Under the pieces are notes generated by a model. The model worked only from the letters and a program-made list of their open reading frames with translations, did not search any database and was not told the DNA's origin. Below, piece after piece: positions 57,405 to 64,000 of a stretch of 64,000 nt of DNA. Where the stretch lies: NCBI GenBank assembly GCA_951406725.2, contig OX597814.1:34782001-34846000 (forward strand), given 5' to 3'. The translations under genes and the position numbers were made by a program. The stretch is from Octopus vulgaris (Eukaryota). How positions within the stretch are numbered: position 1 is the first letter of the stretch; each line of letters opens with the position of its first letter.

Positions 57405-58290
57405 TATAATCATTCTTATAATTATAGAACTTTTGTATGAGGTTACCGATAATGGTTCTTGTAAGATACCGAACTACTTGGTAAAATTATTAATTATTGA
57501 TTGATTAATTAATTTTACCCTTTATTATTATTGATAATATAATTCCCTCCCTGATAGTAAACTGCAGTTTCTGCGGAATTACTCGTGGCACATGTGAGTG
57601 ATTGAGGAAGAATGCGAACTCTCATTCGTCTGTTTGAATTCGAAAGTACTGGTCTTTTGGATAAATGCTGCTCGATGGCGCTTGGTCGTGTACGTATGTT
57701 AATTATCAATGCTCTCAAATTTAAAATTGAAATATTATACTGAAGACGGGAGTAAGTGAGTATAAATGTGATTTTACATCTTTCTACATCTCTTTAACCC
57801 AGAAACGCGTATATAGTTAATCAACGCCAGGTGGATGGGTTATTCTTTTCTCTTAACCTGCGTGAGTTGACAGTATTACTGTCTGGGAGATATCTTATGG
57901 TAGTGGAATAGTATTTAACTGCTATTTCGAAATGTCGATATGTGGTGAAGCAATGTTTGCTGAACCCTAATTATAATTATACTTATAATTATAGAATTTT
58001 ACCGATATAATTATACTTATAATTATAGAATTTTACCAATAATGATTCTTATAACATACCGAACTATTTAGTAAAATTATTAATTATTAATTGATTAATT
58101 AATTTTGCCCTTTATTATTATTGATAATATAATTCACTCCCTGATAGTAAACTGCAGTTTCTGCGGAATTACTCGTGGCCCACGTGGGTGATTGAGGAAG
58201 AATGCGAGATCTCATTCGTCTGTTTGAATTCGGAACTATATATATTATATATAAATAATAATAACATATCTTATGGTAGGGGAATATAAT
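57405..58290 (+). mobile_element. Direct-repeat unit (two ~240-bp copies, 590-bp period) with a hammerhead motif between them; Penelope pLTR/retrozyme-like
   Basis: 57405-57647 repeats at ~58005-58238 (CTGATAGTAAACTGCAG at 57551 and 58141). ATATCTTATGGTAG.GGAATA occurs at 57890 and 58267. Confidence 0.8.
57734..57817 (+). ncRNA. Type I hammerhead ribozyme motif with long stem II
   Basis: ATTATA-CTGAAGA-CGGG...CCCA-GAAA-CGCGTA-TATAGT: 6-bp stem I, palindromic ACGCGT stem III, GUA cleavage triplet. Confidence 0.7.
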
Positions 58291-58322
58291 CATAATTATT
58301 GGTAAAATTATTATTAATATTT

Positions 58323-58328
58323 GTATTA

Positions 58329-58383
<55 letters not shown>

Positions 58384-58409
58384 CATTATCATCATCATCA
58401 TCATCATCA

Positions 58410-58459
<50 letters not shown>

Positions 58460-58477
58460 TTTCTTCTTCTTCTTCTT

Positions 58478-58553
<76 letters not shown>
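58323..58553. repeat. Compound trinucleotide microsatellite (TTA)n-(TCA)n-(TTA)n-(TTC)n-(TTA)n
   Basis: Directly visible. Confidence 0.97.
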
Positions 58554-58554
<1 letters not shown>

Positions 58555-59214
58555 TTTTTGTTACACACAGTCTTCTCTATTAATCTTAAATATACTCCCT
58601 ACGTGCACCCTGGGAATCCTGGAACTTGAACCAACGATGAATGCAAAGTACCGCTGATGACGCTTGGTAGCCATAAGTAGTGAACTTGCTTCGCGGACAC
58701 ATGACCTGGGACTTATCCTGAAACAAGGTTTCGATACTGTGTTTAACGCATACCTCCTAAACCTTAATTCTTTAACTTTAAACTCCACTTACATACATAT
58801 TCTGAAGTGGTGTACATATTCTATACATCAAGAAAAAGGAGTTTGTCAGAATTTTGGATACCTCTTTATTAGTGCTTTCGTCTCATTCATTCAAGACTCT
58901 TGAGATACAAGCTTTACATAAAATTTCTTTGCCTTTTATTCAAATCTGAACGAGGGTGTTTATTTTTGTTTTTTGCTTTGTTATGTATAAGTATGTGTAT
59001 ATCGCAAAAGAGATGCACACATATATAAATAACAAGACAAAACGAAAACAAATATCTTCCAGATTTGTATAAACCGCAAAGGAATTATCTTTAAAACTTT
59101 TATCTGAGGAGTCTCGATAAATGAGATGGAAGCGCAAATGAAGAATTATCAAAAATTCTTATCTTTTTATATTGTATTATATTAAATCATATTATATTAT
59201 AATATATTACATGA

Positions 59215-59268
<54 letters not shown>

Positions 59269-59859
59269 AATTATAATAAAGGTTTTTTTTTTACAACAAG
59301 TTGCTTAAATCACATACCGAAAATATTAGAAATAGCAGTCAAATGGGCTACTATTACTATTACTACAAAAATAAATCTCCACAAATAACAGTATTTGTAA
59401 CCTATATATATGGTAAAAAGAAGGAAGACAACGAAATCACACAGTCTACTGGATTAATTATGGACGATCGTTTTTGGATTAGAATCGTAAGTTCATTTCC
59501 TTATCAACCCAATATTTCCCATAAATCTAAAAATGCTAGGAAAAAACTCAGAGTATTACCGGCGTTACCCAGACTTCAGAGGACTGCTGGTGCTTTGCAA
59601 ACCTTTTGGAAAATGAAACAAGTTGCGGATTTAGCTTGTTCGGGTGCTTTAATCGACATAGTAATAAACATATACCCAAAGTCTAAATAGTTACACACAC
59701 ACACACATATGTATGATGGATTCATGGATTCTCTTGTGAACGACTAATGAGGGTTCAATGAAATAAAGCATTAATCATGATATAGGGACACTCACACAAA
59801 CACACACACACATATATATATACATATATATAGACAGACGGACAGACAGATAAACAGAC

Positions 59860-59934
<75 letters not shown>

Positions 59935-60275
59935 CAGAAATATGTGCAATGAGTGTGAGAGTGTCTATATTTTGTAATCATTTACACATGTATATGAGCG
60001 TATGATTAAATCTACCTATTTAGCAATATCTTCCTCTATACTTACACACACACGCACGCACGCATATACTTGCGCAAACACACATACCTTTAAGTGGCAT
60101 TATCTCCTCTCAATGACATCTCGAAACCTTAACCGTCTAAAAATTCGCTTTACGTAGGTCATCACACTCCCTTTCCACATAACTTGCAATAAACACCTGT
60201 ACAATTGACAGTTATACAGGCTAATTACGAAGACAGACTAACAGGGGCGCTTCATTTCATCGCTATATATCATAT

Positions 60276-60661
60276 GTGGAGGCGCCATGGCCCAGTGGTT
60301 AGGGCAGCGGACTCGCGGTCATAGGATCGCGGTTTCGATTCCCAGACCGGGCGTTGTGAGTGTTTATTGAGCGAAAACACCTAAAGCTCCACGAGGCTCC
60401 GGCAGGGGATGGTGGTGATCCCTGCTGTACTCTTTCACCACAACTTTCTCTCACTCTTATTTTCTGTTTCTGTTGTACCTGTATTTCAAAAGGGCCGGCC
60501 TTGTCACTCTCTGTGTCACGCTGAATATCCCCGAGAACTACGTTAAGGGTACACGTGTCTGTGGAGTGCTCAGCCACTTACACGTTAATTTCACGAGCAG
60601 GCTGTTCCGTTGATTCGGATCAACCGGAACCCTCGTCGTCGTAACCGACGGAGTGCTTCCC
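60276..60661 (+). mobile_element. tRNA-derived SINE family C, apparently young, 11-bp TSD
   Basis: TGGCCCAGTGGTTAGG A box, GGTTTCGATTCCC B box, CpG-rich. ATATATCATAT at 60265-60275 and 60662-60672. Confidence 0.92.
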
Positions 60662-61149
60662 ATATATCATATCCAATAATAACTTGCCAAATTATATATT
60701 AATTCACCTACTTACATACAATACTTATTTACTCTAACGATTATCTATTTACTTTCTCAAATACATTAGTAAAATTTTCTTTTTTTTCTCAGTCTTTCTC
60801 AGCTTTACCTTTTAAATCACATTAGTAGTATATACATACATGAGTGTGTATGTGTATGTGTGAGTGTATATGCGTGTATGTGTGAATGTGTATCTGTGTA
60901 TGTGTTCTTCACTCTCTTTTTTTTTTTAATCGCTTTTAATTCTACGACATAATTATCTGATATCACACATTCATCTCACAAAATGATAGATATTTTTTTT
61001 CAACTACGATGTTACTGATTTCTGTCTTGTGAAGCTTTTCCTGTGTGTAAAAGACAGAAACAAAAAGAAAAAAAAACATTAAACGTTCGATTAACACTTT
61101 GAACACCGCCAGCGAGCGAAACGGATCGAACATTTACTGCATTGCCGCG

Positions 61150-61365
61150 CTGAATTGGTCTATATATTCGCCATGATAGATCGCTAGCCACTAAACCCTT
61201 ACTATTGTCTCTCCCTGTTTATTTTTCCGTTCCTTTCTGTCGAAGAGCGTAGGCTCGAAACGTAAAAGACTTTCTCACTTCCCGACCGTTAAACTAATAC
61301 ATATGTTTGTTATTTACACACCCGTCTTCGTCTTTTGTTTTTTAATTTTTGTAAATTCTCACTAT
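61150..61365 (+). mobile_element. Penelope-type pLTR fragment with hammerhead-like motif (61233-61268)
   Basis: CTTT-CTGTCGA-A-GAGC-GTAG-GCTC-GAAA-CGTA-AAAG. Core A6 is replaced by T. Confidence 0.65.
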
Positions 61366-61368
61366 ATA

Positions 61369-61735
61369 TCATCATCATCATCATCATTATCATCATCGTT
61401 TAACGTCCGCTTTCCATGATAATATGGGTGGACGATTTGACTGAAGACTGGCGAACCAGATGGCTGCACCAGGCCCCAATCTTGATCTGGCAGCATTTCT
61501 ACAGCTGAATACCCTTCCTAACGCCAACCACTCCGAGAGTTGTAGTGAGTGCTTTTACGTGTCACCGGCACGAAGGCCAGTCAGGTGGTACTGGCAACGG
61601 CCTCGCTCAAATGGTGTTTTTTACATACCACCGACACAGGAGCCAGCCCAGCGGCACTGGCAACGACCTCGCACGAATGACTTTTTCACGTGCCACCGGC
61701 ACAAGTGCCAGTAAAGCGACGCTGCTAACGATCAT
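61369..61735 (-). mobile_element. RTE-type LINE 3' UTR/tail copy with (ATG)n
   Basis: Reverse complement of the 19.1-19.44 kb tail (GGCGTTAGGAAGGG.ATTCAGCTG..CATGGAAAGCGGACG-(ATG)n) with its internal tandem repeats. Confidence 0.88.
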
Positions 61736-62741
61736 CTTTTACCTTTCATCTTGCATTTGTTTCAGCCGTCAGACTGCGATTTATAAATGTTTGCGTGTAT
61801 TTATATAATCACGTAACACACCTACACATATGTGAACGTATGTATTTTTGTGTGATTTTGTAATGTGAGATTATGCTAAAATGTGATGGTCGAAGAAATA
61901 ATGAATATTGTAAATTTAGCAAAACTACGTCCTTAATCACTCTATATGTGACAGTTGTATTAGCTAATTTCGCATACATAAGCCTCGTGCACATCGCAAA
62001 TACATACACACTTCTCTATACACAATCTCAAAATATGATGATTAGAACTAATGAGGCACAGTCTCTATTGGACGATCGAATTTCTAAAAATAGCAGTAAA
62101 TATCACCGAAACCATAACAGCAATGTAGTCCTAGATACATTATGCTAAAATAAGTAAAAATGGTGAGTATTGGCATGCCTTTAGCAACAGGTCTGCTGGA
62201 TAATAACTTACCTAATTTTCAAAAAACTATCATCACAACCACTACAACAATATGTACATCTCACGATACCATCACCGCCGCCGCTACCACTCCCGGGCAG
62301 TACCACAACCATTATCACCACCACCAACAAAATAATACCAACATCTACGACAAAAGGTTGCAAACCAGCGAAGCAATACCCGCATTATCATCGAACTAAG
62401 AAGTATTGAAATATTCCATGACACAGTCGCTTGATTTGCTAGGATTAGCGGTTAAACCTCCATCAAATACTACCCAATAGTTCTTAAACGTAAGGGCGCA
62501 AGGGCGCATTTGACAATACAGCCGTAGATGCCACAACTTGAAAATCTGTTTTCCGTCGGTATTGATTTGGGTACTAAACAACATAAATATACTCCCCATT
62601 GTCGTTGAAATAAGGACTAACCGTTAAGTGAATGTGATCTATGGTAAATAATTCACATAATTATGATGAGACAGCTACGACTGATGTCGAACTTATACTT
62701 CCTTTGCATCCACGTCTTGCTACCAAGTTGTGGTAAAAAGT

Positions 62742-62835
<94 letters not shown>

Positions 62836-64000
62836 GTGGATCATCCTGTACAACAGTGATAACAACAGCGACAAAAACTAACATGACTAAAGGTTTCCTG
62901 TTTTTTTCTTTTCTTACTTTTTTTTTAGAGTTCGATATAAAATTCAGTTGTTTATCAACATTTTCTGCTGAGGAGAAAATCGTTTGAATAGAAAAACAGC
63001 AGGAAAAAAAAACATACCGTTACGTAAATGTATTGTCCTTAGCTTAACTGCTGCTGTCTTTCACCACTGCCATATATGTCAAATCACCAATACTTCTTGT
63101 CGTTTCAGTGAAATTTCTTGCAAGTACAATACGTAAAAGTAAAGAACCTTCTACAGTACGAACATATCTTGCAGTATGTTTTTAACGTTTGTGACATTAA
63201 TTCTTTCAGCTACGAACGTAATGGAATCGAATTCTTCAAAGCAAGAGCGTACATTTTAAAAGCTTTCTGTGTAGTTCGTTCCTTGTATGTCAACTTAAGC
63301 CAGAGACAAACTTGTTATTACCATAACTATTATGTGTCATTTTTTACCTTCTTTTTACTCACTGACACATTCATCTACTAGCTTGTTGTTTACTTTAGTT
63401 CAGTTCTTCTATATTATAAGAATTTCGTTAGTCACAATTCTATTTCGATTATTCCAGAAATAAACTTCAAACTTTTCCATTTTGCAAAAGAATCAAGAAT
63501 ATCAAGAAAGAAGGATAAACGGAAAAAGAAACTGAACAAAGGTAGGGACGAACCAATAAAAAGAAAAAGAAAAAAAATGTTGATAGAAACGCATTAAAAG
63601 AACTCCATTTCTACACATTTCCGCTTAAGACACTCTAAATTCAGAAATTCCAACTCATTGTTAGTCGGTGAAGTAAAGTTGATAACAACTCACATTAAGA
63701 ATTCGGAGCGGATTAAGCGCAAAAATGGCTTACACTTCTTCGGAATGATAAATATATAACTTTATTACCAATTCGCAGATGGCCAGCTCTTTTATCACTC
63801 TAATCGAATGCCAAGGGCTAACTGAAAACGAAGAATATAACTTATTAAGAAGATATATTAACTAAGACGCTTGAAAGATTGCAAATGGATGCAGTAACAA
63901 AATGTGTTATTGATTTATTCAACAAAAGTGTTCCTTTGATGTTTTAAATGTATGTCTAATTCCTTTATCAATATATGTTCTATATTATTCAGCATTTTAT

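Noticed and set aside
58648-58740. CTGATGA...GAAAC as a hammerhead
   Set aside because: No stem II pairing, and the stem III register does not fit.
60278-60352. tRNA gene (also at 9429, 32164, 53740)
   Set aside because: No complete cloverleaf or terminator. These continue into SINE bodies, with a TSD at the 60.3-kb copy.
62160-62599. Thr/His-rich and adjacent short ORFs as host exons
   Set aside because: Low-complexity ACC/AAC-rich sequence with no recognisable domain or consistent splice pair.

Overview
AT-rich eukaryotic DNA saturated with microsatellites. The repeat repertoire (tRNA-derived SINEs, RTE and R4/Dong LINEs, Penelope-like elements) is what I would expect from an octopus genome, but that assignment is inference. 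I found no convincing host protein-coding exon. Nearly all ORF-track entries are microsatellite read-through or transposon relics, so the window is probably intronic or intergenic. Identifiable content: (1) a near full-length, frameshifted R4/Dong-clade retrotransposon (21.26-25.07 kb, minus) heading a same-orientation stack of RLE retroelement ends at (TAA)n; (2) two (CATA)n-associated RLE 3' fragments; (3) RTE LINE 5' (APE) and 3' (RT C-terminus with PHD-like finger) fragments; (4) a decayed Penelope-like element with GIY-YIG; (5) a hAT element with intact TIRs and 8-bp TSD; (6) Tc1, maT-like, Tigger-like and Helitron pieces; (7) several SINE families; (8) a 100-N gap. The most notable unexplained layer is about ten type I hammerhead-ribozyme-like motifs. 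Several have unusually long stem II hairpins, and they sit in fold-back palindromes (2.0-2.9 kb, 14.7-15.0 kb), in a direct-repeat retrozyme-like unit (57.4-58.3 kb) and in short dispersed non-coding elements. All alignments, translations and folds were done by eye.
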